Assembly (NCBI GenBank): GCA_965208125.1
Contig: OZ242320.1
Coordinates: 1,536,001 to 1,600,000, forward strand
Direction: 5' to 3'
DNA: 64,000 bases
Source of the DNA: Candidatus Latescibacterota bacterium
Lineage (GTDB): Bacteria > Latescibacterota > UBA2968
Position 1 is the first letter of the stretch, and every line of letters begins with the position of its first letter. Of this stretch, positions 21,246-31,415 are shown piece after piece. Below the pieces are notes generated by a model that was not told the DNA's origin, ran no database searches, and saw nothing but the letters and a program-made list of their open reading frames with translations. The position numbers were made by a program, and so were the translations under genes.

Positions 21246-22667
21246 TCACGACCCCAGAACCTCCAGCGCCTTCTTAAGCCTGCGAATACACGTCTCCTGT
21301 CCGAGCACAGCCATCAGTTCAAACAACCCCGGCCCGAACCCAACGCCGCAAAGCGCGAGCCGCGTTGGATGAATCAGCCTGGAAGCCGAAATCCCCAGTT
21401 CACCAGATAGCGTGCGCGTCACACCCTCAATATCGCCCTCACCGAACGAATCCAAACTCTCCAAACGCTCAATCATCAACGCAACGCGCTCGGGCGTATC
21501 CGTCTTCCAGTTCTTCTTCGCCGTCTTTGCATCATACACATCCGGATCCACAAAAAAATAACCCGTATGCTTCAAATCCTCAAGCGTATGCAACCGCGGC
21601 TGCAACAACGCCGCAATCCTCATCAACTCATCCCGCCGCTCAGAAGCCTCTGCCTCAGAAAGCCACCCCTCCGCAATCCAAATCGGTATCGCATCGTCCA
21701 ACACCTCATCCACCGGACGAAGACGCATATGCTCGCCATTGAGCCACACCAGCTTCTTCTCATCGAAAATCGCATCTCGCTTGAGCAACCCCGCAACAGA
21801 AAACGCCTCGACCAACGCATCTCGCGCAAACACCTCGCGCTCATCCCCGGGCGCCCATCCCAACAGCGCGAGATAATTAAACATCGCATCCGACAAAAAA
21901 CCCCGCTCCTGATACTCCGAAATCGTCGTCGCACCGTGGCGCTTGGACAACTTGCTGCCATCGGGACCCAAAATCAGCGTCGAATGCCCATACTCCGGCA
22001 CCATCCACGAAAGCGCCTCAAACAGCATAATCTGCTTCGGCGTATTCGACAAATGATCCGCAGACCGCAACACCAGATTCACACCCATATTGTGATCATC
22101 CACCACCACAGCGAGATTGTAAACAGGCGAACCATCGGGCCGCAACAAAACAAAATCCTCAACCTCGGCATTATCCCACCTCTGCACCCCCCGAATGCGA
22201 TCGTGCCAGACCGTCTCACCCGCCGGCACCTTAAACCGCACAACCCGTGGCCGCCCCTCCGCCTCAAAAGCCGCCTGCTGTTCCGGCGTCAAATCCCGAT
22301 TGTAGCGCACCCGGCGCTTCTCGACCTGCGCCTGTCGGCGCATCGCATCAAGCTCTTCCGCAGTCTCATAGCCGTAATACGCATGACCCGTCTCCACCAG
22401 ACGCGCGACGGCCTGCTTATGCGCCTCGGCATTGCGCGACTGAAACACTGGCTCGGCGTCAAAATCAACACCGAGCCAGTTCAAACCGTCCAGAATCGTT
22501 TGAAGCGACGACTCTGTAAAACGCTCTCGATCTGTATCTTCCACGCGCAACAACAACTTTGCCTGGTAGTGCTTCGCGTAAAGATGATTAAAAATCGCCG
22601 TTCGCGCATTCCCCACGTGAAACCCACCTGTGGGAGACGGCGCAAAACGCAAAACCGTATCCGACAT
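21246..22667 (-). CDS. gltX: Glutamate--tRNA ligase
   Basis: RFAPSPTG, HVGN (HIGH), LRVEDTD, KLSKR (KMSKS). Confidence 0.97.
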   Translation of the reverse strand: MSDTVLRFAPSPTGGFHVGNARTAIFNHLYAKHYQAKLLLRVEDTDRERFTESSLQTILDGLNWLGVDFDAEPVFQSRNAEAHKQAVARLVETGHAYYGYETAEELDAMRRQAQVEKRRVRYNRDLTPEQQAAFEAEGRPRVVRFKVPAGETVWHDRIRGVQRWDNAEVEDFVLLRPDGSPVYNLAVVVDDHNMGVNLVLRSADHLSNTPKQIMLFEALSWMVPEYGHSTLILGPDGSKLSKRHGATTISEYQERGFLSDAMFNYLALLGWAPGDEREVFARDALVEAFSVAGLLKRDAIFDEKKLVWLNGEHMRLRPVDEVLDDAIPIWIAEGWLSEAEASERRDELMRIAALLQPRLHTLEDLKHTGYFFVDPDVYDAKTAKKNWKTDTPERVALMIERLESLDSFGEGDIEGVTRTLSGELGISASRLIHPTRLALCGVGFGPGLFELMAVLGQETCIRRLKKALEVLGS

Positions 22668-22688
22668 CGAAAATCGACCTGTGAATAT

Positions 22689-22781
<93 letters not shown>

Positions 22782-22837
22782 GCGAACAAAAACGAACAGC
22801 AGAAAGTAACAAAGGATCTGTATAAATGCAAGATAAA

Positions 22838-22925
22838 TGGCGGTGGGGGTGGGATTCGAACCCACGGACCCGCGAGGGTCAACGGTTTTCAAGACCGCCC
22901 GATTCGACCGCTCTCGCACCCCACC
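22838..22925 (-). tRNA. tRNA-Ser(TGA)
   Basis: GGTGGGG acceptor stem, anticodon loop CTTGAAA, long variable arm, CCA end. Confidence 0.96.
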
Positions 22926-22938
22926 GCACCATCCGAAA

Positions 22939-22967
22939 AGTATAGACAAGCGCCCCATCTGTGTCAA
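22939..22967 (-). promoter_or_regulatory. sigma70 promoter of the tRNA-Ser/tRNA-Ser/gltX/tRNA-Gln unit
   Basis: TTGACA-N17-TATACT on the minus strand just upstream of the tRNA. Confidence 0.85.
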
Positions 22968-23158
22968 GCGGTTTGTATCAACTCGACTTAAACACACTTA
23001 AACTTTGTTTTTCTTCTATTTATCAATCAAATATCCAATAATCCCATCCGCCAAAAAAGGGTTTGCGTTGCCCGTGCCCTTCCTGTATTTTTAGGCACAA
23101 ACCTGTAACATGACCCAGAAAATCTCAACACCGCGCGCACGACCTCGCACCCTCCCCT

Positions 23159-24727
23159 ATGATTGAGCTTATCACCGGCTCCCAGATGGCATCCATTGAC
23201 CGTCGGGCAATAGACAGTGGTGTGCCGGGCATCGAACTCATGGAAGCCGCCGGGCAAGGCGTAACCCGGGCAGTAGAAAACCTGTTGGGCGACTTCCAAA
23301 ACCGGCACATCGTCATCCTCTGTGGCAAAGGCAACAACGGCGGCGACGGCTTTGTCATCGCCAGGCAAGCTGCCCAAAGCGGTGCAAAAGTCCAGGTATT
23401 CACAGCCACATCCGCCCGGGAAATAACAGGCGATGCAAAAACCAACCTCGACCGACTGCCCCCGGACATCGTGCAGCCGGTTGACCACATCGCAACAGTA
23501 CAAAGCGCACTACTCAACGCCGACATCGCCGTTGACGCGCTATTGGGCACGGGCATTCAGGGACCTCCCCGCGGCATATACGCCGAACTCATAAACGCAC
23601 TCACCCGCGCCAAATGCCCCATAGTCGCCGTAGATATACCCTCTGGACTCAACGCCGACACGGGCAAAATCGAAGGACCCTGTGCAACCGCAACATGCAC
23701 AGTCACATTTGCACTGCCCCGCATTGGACACTTCTTCTACCCCGGACGCGCCCGGTGCGGCAAACTGCACCTCATCGACATCGGGATCCCCCCCTCGGCA
23801 ATTGAGCCCGAGCGCATCCGCACCTACCTCATCGACAACCGCCGCTGCGCTCGTCTGCTCCCCCACCGGGAACCCGACGCCCACAAAGGAGACTGCGGCA
23901 GAGTATATATCCTCGCCGGATCCGTGGGACTCACAGGCGCGGCGGCACTCTCGGCAAACGCGGCACTCAAAGGAGGCGCGGGCCTCGTCACACTCGGCGT
24001 ACCCAAAAGCCTCAACGACATACTCGAAACCAAAGTCACCGAAGCCATGACCCACCCGCTACCCGAAGTCAAAAAAGTCAGATGCCTGTCCCTGCGCGCC
24101 CGGGGCGAAATAAAACGCGCATGTCGCACAGCCGACAGCATCGCCATTGGCCCAGGCTCAGGCACCCACCGGGAAACCGTCGAACTCATCCGTCGCCTCG
24201 TGCGCGACCTGAGTTGCCCGGCAGTCATCGACGCCGACGCACTCAACGCCCTCGCTGGCGACCTCGATGCGATTCGCGCCTGCGAAACACCCCTGGTACT
24301 CACCCCGCACATCGGAGAATTTGCGCGCCTGACCGGGTACAGCATCGCCGAAATACAGCGCGACCCCATTGCACGCGCCCTGAAATTCGCCACCGATGTC
24401 GGGGCCACCATCATCCTGAAAGGCGCGCCAACTATTGTCGCAACGCCAGAAGGCGAAACACACATCAACCCAACCGGCAACCCGGGAATGGCCACCGGCG
24501 GCACAGGAGACGTACTCACGGGCCTTCTCGCCGCACTCATCGGTCAAGGACTCAACCCCTCAGACGCCGCCTGCACAGCCGTCTATCTCCACGGCCTTGC
24601 CGCTGATATCGCAACAAAAAAAACCGGACACATAAGCCTCATCGCCAGTGACATCATCGAAAACTTTGCCGCCGCCATTCACCAGATACGCATCAGCACG
24701 GACTGCTTAGACTTACACCTCACATAA
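23159..24727 (+). CDS. nnr: Bifunctional NAD(P)H-hydrate epimerase/dehydratase
   Basis: LMEAAG, GKGNNGGDG, DALLGTG, HKGDCG, IDADAL, TPHIGE, MATGGTGDVL. Confidence 0.96.
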   Translation: MIELITGSQMASIDRRAIDSGVPGIELMEAAGQGVTRAVENLLGDFQNRHIVILCGKGNNGGDGFVIARQAAQSGAKVQVFTATSAREITGDAKTNLDRLPPDIVQPVDHIATVQSALLNADIAVDALLGTGIQGPPRGIYAELINALTRAKCPIVAVDIPSGLNADTGKIEGPCATATCTVTFALPRIGHFFYPGRARCGKLHLIDIGIPPSAIEPERIRTYLIDNRRCARLLPHREPDAHKGDCGRVYILAGSVGLTGAAALSANAALKGGAGLVTLGVPKSLNDILETKVTEAMTHPLPEVKKVRCLSLRARGEIKRACRTADSIAIGPGSGTHRETVELIRRLVRDLSCPAVIDADALNALAGDLDAIRACETPLVLTPHIGEFARLTGYSIAEIQRDPIARALKFATDVGATIILKGAPTIVATPEGETHINPTGNPGMATGGTGDVLTGLLAALIGQGLNPSDAACTAVYLHGLAADIATKKTGHISLIASDIIENFAAAIHQIRISTDCLDLHLT

Positions 24728-24735
24728 TCAACGCG

Positions 24736-24762
24736 CGGGACGGCACAGGGGCCGTCCCCTAC
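24736..24762. repeat. GTAG-type REP
   Basis: cgggacggcacaggggccgtcccctac. Confidence 0.75.
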
Positions 24763-24806
24763 AATCGGATACATTACCTTTGATCGCTAACCTCTGAAAG
24801 CTCTTT

Positions 24807-26255
24807 ATGCCCAAACGAACCGACCTCAAAAAAATAATGCTCATCGGCTCTGGTCCCATCGTCATAGGACAAGCCTGTGAATTTGATTACTCGGGCACGC
24901 AAGCCTGCAAAGCCCTCAAAGAAGAAGGATACGAAGTCGTGCTGGTCAACAGCAACCCCGCCACCATCATGACCGACCCCGAAATGGCTGACCAGACATA
25001 CGTCGAACCCGTCACCCCCGAAGTATGCGCAGCCATCATCGAAAAAGAACGCCCGGATGCCCTCCTCCCAACCCTGGGCGGACAAACGGGCCTCAACACC
25101 GCCATGGCCCTGCACGAACAGGGAACACTCGAAAAATTCGATGTCGAAATGATCGGCGCAAAACCACACGCCATTGAAAAAGCCGAAAACCGCGAAGCCT
25201 TTCAAAAAGCCATGGGCAAAATCGGTCTCGACTTCCCCAAAGGCCGATTTGCCTACACCCTCAAAGAAGCACTCGACATCACGGCTGAAATCGGATTCCC
25301 CGCCATCATCCGCCCATCCTACACCCTGGGCGGCACAGGTGCTGGCACCGCGTACAACATCGAAGAATTCAGACAAGCTGCTGCACACGGACTCAGCCTA
25401 TCGCCCACCACAGAGATACTCGTAGAAGAATCCATCATCGGCTGGAAAGAATTCGAGCTCGAAGTCATGCGCGATCAAAACGACAATGTCGTCATCATCT
25501 GCTCCATAGAAAACTTCGATCCCATGGGCGTACACACGGGCGACTCCATCACCGTGGCACCCGCGCAAACCCTCACCGACAAAGAGTATCAGGAAATGCG
25601 CGATGACGCCATCGCCTGCATCCGTGAAATCGGCGTAGAAACCGGCGGCTCCAACATCCAATTCGCAGTAGATCCCAACACGGGCCGGCGCGTCGTCATA
25701 GAAATGAACCCCCGCGTCTCCCGCAGTTCCGCACTCGCCTCAAAAGCCACGGGCTTCCCCATAGCCAAAATAGCCGCCAAACTCGCCATTGGATACACCT
25801 TGGACGAAATTCAAAACGACATCACGCGCGAAACACCCGCCTCATTTGAACCCACCATCGACTATTGCGTCATCAAAATCCCGCGCTGGACATTTGAGAA
25901 ATTTCCCCAAACCGCTGATCTGTTGGGCACACAAATGAAATCCGTAGGTGAAACCATGGCCATAGGTCGCACGTTTAAAGAAGCACTGCAAAAAGGCTTG
26001 CGCTCTCTCGAAATCGGCCGCGCGGGATTTGGTGCCGACGGCAAAGACATCCATCCCAACACCCTCTCTCGCGAAGCCCTCGAACGCGGCCTGCGCGAAC
26101 CCAATTCGCAGCGATTGGCCTATCTCAAAACAGCTTATGACGCCGGACTATCCGTACAGGAAATTTTTGACGCCACCAAAATTGATCCCTGGTTTCTCGA
26201 CAACATGCGACAACTCGTCGAAGTCGAAAAAGAACTCGCCGCTCTAATGGATTAA
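24807..26255 (+). CDS. carB: Carbamoyl-phosphate synthase large subunit, N-terminal part
   Basis: [27 protein letters not shown]; [18 protein letters not shown]; stops after 482 aa. Confidence 0.95.
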   Translation: MPKRTDLKKIMLIGSGPIVIGQACEFDYSGTQACKALKEEGYEVVLVNSNPATIMTDPEMADQTYVEPVTPEVCAAIIEKERPDALLPTLGGQTGLNTAMALHEQGTLEKFDVEMIGAKPHAIEKAENREAFQKAMGKIGLDFPKGRFAYTLKEALDITAEIGFPAIIRPSYTLGGTGAGTAYNIEEFRQAAAHGLSLSPTTEILVEESIIGWKEFELEVMRDQNDNVVIICSIENFDPMGVHTGDSITVAPAQTLTDKEYQEMRDDAIACIREIGVETGGSNIQFAVDPNTGRRVVIEMNPRVSRSSALASKATGFPIAKIAAKLAIGYTLDEIQNDITRETPASFEPTIDYCVIKIPRWTFEKFPQTADLLGTQMKSVGETMAIGRTFKEALQKGLRSLEIGRAGFGADGKDIHPNTLSREALERGLREPNSQRLAYLKTAYDAGLSVQEIFDATKIDPWFLDNMRQLVEVEKELAALMD

Positions 26256-26257
26256 CC

Positions 26258-28069
26258 ATGACAAAACAGCACACACTCAACGACTTAAAATCGCGTATCT
26301 CTCGCGCAGACTTGCTCAAAGCCAAACGCTACGGCTTCTCCGACCGCCAACTGGCACACCTGTGGCGCAGTGATGAATGGGCTGTTCGCGCCCTGCGAAA
26401 AGAACTCGGCGTCGCGCCCGTATTCAAAACCGTCGATACCTGCGCAGCCGAATTTGAAGCCTATACACCGTATCACTATTCGACCTATGAAACAGATAAC
26501 GAAGCCATCCGATCCGACCGCAAAAAAATCATGATCCTGGGTGGCGGACCCAATCGCATTGGACAGGGCATCGAATTCGACTATTGTTGTTGCCACGCCT
26601 CCTATGCCCTCAAAGAAGACGGCTTTGAGACCATCATGGTCAACTCCAACCCCGAAACCGTCTCCACAGATTACGACACATCCGACAAACTCTACTTTGA
26701 ACCGCTCACTGCCGAAGACGTACTCAGCATTGCCGATATTGAACAACCCGACGGCGTCATCGTTCAATTCGGCGGACAAACACCGCTCAACCTCGCGCGC
26801 GACCTCGAACGCGGAGGCCTCAACATCGCCGGCACATCCCCCGATGCCATTGACCTGGCCGAAGACCGCAAACGCTTTGGTGCACTCATCAAAAAACTGG
26901 GCATACGACAACCCGAAAACGGCACCGCAATAAGCACCGACGAAGCAATCGCCATAGCCGAACAAATCGGATATCCAGTTCTCGTGCGCCCCTCCTATGT
27001 ACTCGGTGGCCGCGCAATGGCAATTGTATATGACCGCGACGCCCTCATCGCCTATATGCGCAATGCAATAGAAGCCTCTCCCGAGCGCCCCATCCTCATC
27101 GACCGGTTCCTGGAAGACGCACACGAATTTGACGTCGATGCCGTCGCAGACCCAACAGCAGTCGTCATCGGCGGCATCATGCAACACATCGAAAGCGCGG
27201 GCGTACACTCTGGCGACAGCGCCTGCGTATTGCCCCCATATCAGATCTCCGACGCCAACCTCAATGAACTGCGAAGCCACACGCGCGCGCTGGCCAGAGC
27301 ACTCAACGTAGTCGGCCTCATGAACATTCAGTTTGCCATTCAAGGCGAAGACGTATTTATTATAGAAGTCAACCCCAGAGCATCGCGCACCGTCCCCTTT
27401 GTCAGCAAAGCCATCGGCGTGCCCCTGGCAAAAGTCGCTGTCCGCGCAATGGTCGGACGCACACTTGCAGAACAGGGCTTTACCCGAGAAGTGCCCATCA
27501 ATCACATCGCCGTCAAAGAAGCCGTCTTGCCCTTCAACAAATTTCCCGGCGTTGACACCGTACTCGGTCCCGAAATGAAATCCACGGGTGAAGTCATGGG
27601 CATAGACACCGACTTTGGCCTCAGCTTCCAAAAAGCGCAACTCGGTGCAGGCGTGCGCCTGCCCCAGGAGGGAACCGTATTTTTGAGCGTCAACGACCGC
27701 GACAAAGAAGGACTTATACCGATAGCCCAACAACTATCCGACATGAACTTTCGCCTGATTGCCACAGGGGGAACCTGCGCCTTTCTCAAAAGCCACAACA
27801 TAGCCTGTAATCGGATCTTCAAAATCCAGGAAGGGCGCCCAAATATCCTCGACGCCATCAAGAACGGCGAAATATCTCTCATGATCAACACACCCGCAGG
27901 AGAACAATCTCAAGCCGCCGATCCCGAAATACGCAAGGCCGCCGTTCAATACGGCCTGCCCTACACAACCACCTTATCGGGAGCCGCCGCCGCTGTAGCC
28001 GGCATCCAATCGCTAAAAAACAACAGCACAATTCGCATTCGTTCACTCCAGGACTTTCATACTTCTTAA
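26258..28069 (+). CDS. carB: Carbamoyl-phosphate synthase large subunit, C-terminal part
   Basis: KRYGFSDRQLA, DTCAAEF, GGGPNRIGQGIEFDYC, EVNPRASRT, MGS domain. Confidence 0.95.
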   Translation: MTKQHTLNDLKSRISRADLLKAKRYGFSDRQLAHLWRSDEWAVRALRKELGVAPVFKTVDTCAAEFEAYTPYHYSTYETDNEAIRSDRKKIMILGGGPNRIGQGIEFDYCCCHASYALKEDGFETIMVNSNPETVSTDYDTSDKLYFEPLTAEDVLSIADIEQPDGVIVQFGGQTPLNLARDLERGGLNIAGTSPDAIDLAEDRKRFGALIKKLGIRQPENGTAISTDEAIAIAEQIGYPVLVRPSYVLGGRAMAIVYDRDALIAYMRNAIEASPERPILIDRFLEDAHEFDVDAVADPTAVVIGGIMQHIESAGVHSGDSACVLPPYQISDANLNELRSHTRALARALNVVGLMNIQFAIQGEDVFIIEVNPRASRTVPFVSKAIGVPLAKVAVRAMVGRTLAEQGFTREVPINHIAVKEAVLPFNKFPGVDTVLGPEMKSTGEVMGIDTDFGLSFQKAQLGAGVRLPQEGTVFLSVNDRDKEGLIPIAQQLSDMNFRLIATGGTCAFLKSHNIACNRIFKIQEGRPNILDAIKNGEISLMINTPAGEQSQAADPEIRKAAVQYGLPYTTTLSGAAAAVAGIQSLKNNSTIRIRSLQDFHTS

Positions 28070-28074
28070 ATCCC

Positions 28075-30195
28075 ATGTCTCGTCTCATCTACATCACATT
28101 CCTCTGCTTCCTCTGTCTGGCTTGTAAAAGCGTGTATTACAACACCTTTTACAATGCCAAACAACAGTACAATATCGCCGAGCAAAAACGCGCCGAATCC
28201 GAAACCCCCGGCAGCCGGATAACGCCTGCGACCTATCGCGCGCTCTACCAGCGGGCCATTGTCAAAGCATCCATCGTGCTCAAATACTTTCCCGACAGCA
28301 AATGGTTCGACGACAGCTTACTCCTCATCGGCAAAGCGTCTTACTGGCGCGAAGACTACGCCGAAGCGCTGACCAAATGCGAAGAACTGCAAAAACTCTT
28401 CCCACAAAGTGAACTGATCCCCGAAACGCGCTACTGGCAGGGCCTCGCACTCTGGGCAATGAATCGCACCAATGAAGCGCGGACTTCATTTTCTCTTTTC
28501 GAGAAAGAAACCAATCCCGAGTTGTACGGCCTATCAAATTTGGCACTCGCGGAAATGGAAGCCTCGCACGGCAACAGAGAAGAAGCAATCATATCCTATA
28601 AAGCACTGCTCGAAACACTCGACAAAAAGCACAAATTGCGCGCGCGGGCCTGGCAAGGCGTGGGCAACAACCTGCTCGAATTGAACCGATATGACGAAGC
28701 ACTTGATGCATACGCAAACGTGCTAAAATCAAAACCCGATACCAGAACAAATTTTGAAACCCGCGTCAAAATTGGCGAAACCCTCGAGCGCCAGCAAAAA
28801 TACGACGAGGCATTGGACACCTATAAAAAAATATTAAAAATCAAACGGCTTCGCATATACGAAGCCGAAATACGCCTCAAACAGGCGCGTATATATCAAC
28901 TGAAAGATCAGGTTGAAACTGCAGAAGAAATTTACAGCGATGTCGGAAAAAAATATCCCCGCAGCGAATACAGCGCAGAAGCTTTTTATCGCCTGGGCCT
29001 CATCGAACAAAAATCGCGTAAAAACCTGGAAAAATCCAAAGAGCTATTTGAGAAAGCCGTTCGCGAAGATCGAAACTCGGACGAGGGAAAACTCGCTTTG
29101 CAACGGCAAAAAGATCTCGTAGCACTCGACCGCTATCAAAATCAGATCGAAAAAGCCGAAGACCCGCAAAAAGCATTGGAACCGCTTTTTGATCTCGCTG
29201 AACTATACCTCTTTAACCTCAACGAACCCGATTCGGCCCTGAGTATTTATCAGCGCGTATTGAGCCTGACCGACACTACTGACCTCGCACCCAAAGTGCT
29301 GTATGCCATCGGACTCATTTATGCCGACAGCCTGAAAAATGAAACCGCAGCGCACGAACAATTCCAACTGCTCCTCGACCAACACCCCAACACGCTTTAT
29401 GCCGTTGAAGCCAGGACGCGCCTCAATCAAAAACACGCCGATGATGCCCTGGCCGAAACGCGATTTCTGCAAGCTGAAAACCTCATCGCAGAAGGCACAT
29501 CCGCACAGGACATCTTACCTATCTACCAGCAAATAGCCGACGAATACCCCAACAGCCTCTTTGCTCCCAAGGCACTTTTTGCCCTCGCCTGGACCTACGA
29601 AAATGACCTGGACCAGCGCGAACAGGCAAAAACCATTTACGCGCAAGTGCAGGAGCGATATCCCCTCACACAATACGGCAAAATTGCAACCGACAAACTC
29701 GAGGGCAAATTCCTCGATCCTCCGCCCGAGCCTGCAGATTCCACCCAAACGCAACCGTCAGATGCACAGCCCGACACAACGCGAACTGATACAACAGATG
29801 CACCACCGGATACAACGGCTACCCCGCCTGATATATCAGAGCTTAGAACGCAAAAAACACCCTCCCCAAAACCCGCCTTCAAACCCGATGTCATTATCGG
29901 AGGCGGTATCATGGAAGCCGTAGATGCCGATGAAGAACCTCAACTCATGGAAGAAATCGAACCCGAATACCCCGAAGAAGCCAGAGCCGAAGGCAAAGCC
30001 GCCACAGTCATCCTGCGTGTACTGGTCTTAAAAGACGGCAACGTGGGCGAAGTCCACGTAACCTCTGGACCCGAACTATTTCACAGTGCCGCAGTAGAAG
30101 CCGCAAAGCTATACACCTTTGAACCCGGCAAACACGAAGACGCACCGCGCGACATGTGGATAGACATATCCATCTATTTTGAACCGCCAGAGTAG
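28075..30195 (+). CDS. TPR-repeat lipoprotein with Pro/Thr linker and C-terminal TonB_C-like domain
   Basis: Lipobox-like CLAC; YYNTFYNA; many TPRs; PEYPEEARAEG..ATV.LRVLV.KDG.V...AAVEAAK.YTFEPG. Confidence 0.8.
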   Translation: MSRLIYITFLCFLCLACKSVYYNTFYNAKQQYNIAEQKRAESETPGSRITPATYRALYQRAIVKASIVLKYFPDSKWFDDSLLLIGKASYWREDYAEALTKCEELQKLFPQSELIPETRYWQGLALWAMNRTNEARTSFSLFEKETNPELYGLSNLALAEMEASHGNREEAIISYKALLETLDKKHKLRARAWQGVGNNLLELNRYDEALDAYANVLKSKPDTRTNFETRVKIGETLERQQKYDEALDTYKKILKIKRLRIYEAEIRLKQARIYQLKDQVETAEEIYSDVGKKYPRSEYSAEAFYRLGLIEQKSRKNLEKSKELFEKAVREDRNSDEGKLALQRQKDLVALDRYQNQIEKAEDPQKALEPLFDLAELYLFNLNEPDSALSIYQRVLSLTDTTDLAPKVLYAIGLIYADSLKNETAAHEQFQLLLDQHPNTLYAVEARTRLNQKHADDALAETRFLQAENLIAEGTSAQDILPIYQQIADEYPNSLFAPKALFALAWTYENDLDQREQAKTIYAQVQERYPLTQYGKIATDKLEGKFLDPPPEPADSTQTQPSDAQPDTTRTDTTDAPPDTTATPPDISELRTQKTPSPKPAFKPDVIIGGGIMEAVDADEEPQLMEEIEPEYPEEARAEGKAATVILRVLVLKDGNVGEVHVTSGPELFHSAAVEAAKLYTFEPGKHEDAPRDMWIDISIYFEPPE

Positions 30196-30198
30196 ATA

Positions 30199-30999
30199 AT
30201 GCCCGAAATCCCAAACTTCATCTCCGAACCTGCCGTCGTACAAAAAAACGAACCCATAGCCCAGGGCATCTACCTCATGCGCCTGCACGCGCCCCGGCTC
30301 GCAACCGCCTCTCGCCCGGCGCAATTCCTGCAAATCCTGACCGATCCCGGCCTATCCCCATATCTTCGCCGCCCCTTCAGCGTATTGCGCGTAGATCGCA
30401 ACGCCGGCTGGCTCGACCTCATCTACGACGTCATCGGACCCGGCACCGAGCGCTTATCCGCTGCCCAATGCGGCGACCAATTTGACGTCAGCGGACCACT
30501 GGGCAACCCTTTTACCCCCCCAGAAACCAAACGCATCCTCCTTGTCGCCGGTGGCGTCGGCCTCGTCCCCCTCGCATTTTTGGCGTGGGAACACCCCGAC
30601 CGCCGTCCCGACATGATCTACCTCATGGGCGCAGCAAATGCCGACCGCCTGCCCGACATGTCCGCACTCCTACCCGCAGATCTACCCCTCCACATCACCA
30701 CCGATGACGGCAGCATAGGACACCGCGGCTTTGTCACCGAACGCATCGCCGAACACACCCTCCCAAACCACACCACCATCCTCACCTGTGGTCCCCATCC
30801 CATGATGGCGCGCGTCGCCCACATCGCCGCCGAATCAAACACCCCCTGCTATGCCTCCCTCGAAAACCACATGGCCTGCGGTTTCGGCGCCTGTGTCGGA
30901 TGCGTAGTCGAATACAAAACATACCCCACCGAAGACCGCCGCTATCGCTGCGTCTGCCTCGAAGGACCCGTCGTCAACGCCCACGAAATTGTCTGGTAA
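30199..30999 (+). CDS. pyrK: Dihydroorotate dehydrogenase electron transfer subunit
   Basis: LRRPFS, GPLGNPF, AGGVGLVP, CGPHPM, MACGFGACVGC..CLEGPV. Confidence 0.93.
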   Translation: MPEIPNFISEPAVVQKNEPIAQGIYLMRLHAPRLATASRPAQFLQILTDPGLSPYLRRPFSVLRVDRNAGWLDLIYDVIGPGTERLSAAQCGDQFDVSGPLGNPFTPPETKRILLVAGGVGLVPLAFLAWEHPDRRPDMIYLMGAANADRLPDMSALLPADLPLHITTDDGSIGHRGFVTERIAEHTLPNHTTILTCGPHPMMARVAHIAAESNTPCYASLENHMACGFGACVGCVVEYKTYPTEDRRYRCVCLEGPVVNAHEIVW

Positions 31000-31049
31000 G
31001 AGCTGGGGACTGGTTGGGCTGCTCGCTCGTAGCGGTCAGCATTCATTCA

Positions 31050-31190
31050 CAGGTCAGACCCCACATAAACACCAGATTCAGGCATTTTGCGTATTTAATC
31101 ATACACAATCCATCCATAAAAAAAGCGGCACTGGCGATAAATATCACCAGTGCCGTCCCCGTAAGCACCGCGGCAGAAATTGTCACTTAC
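31050..31190 (-). pseudogene. Relic of a paralogous Calx-beta / terminator / sensor-kinase junction
   Basis: 31106-31150 is identical (45 bp) to 47160-47204; flanks resemble the kinase 5' end (MIKYAKCL vs MIECTKCL) and the Calx-beta VTISA motif. Confidence 0.6.
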
Positions 31191-31415
31191 TAAGAATCAG
31201 CGAGCTACCCGACATAGCGGGCCTACTCGGTGATCGATAGCCACAAAGATAATAAGACCTGACGCTAAAGCCAAGAAAAAGGTTTAATTTTCTAATCGGC
31301 AATAGGCAAAAGCCATCTCCTCGCGCAAGTCGATGCCTTCATGTTCCAGATTCTCGATCAGAGCCATGAGCCTCTCCCGTTCTATTCGTTCAGAAAGCGT
31401 TTTGGGTCATGTCTG

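Noticed and set aside
26285-27733. 482-aa minus-strand ORF (also 36017-37174, 43959-45011, 45858-46973, 63149-63976)
   Set aside because: Antisense shadows of well-supported genes, caused by codon bias.
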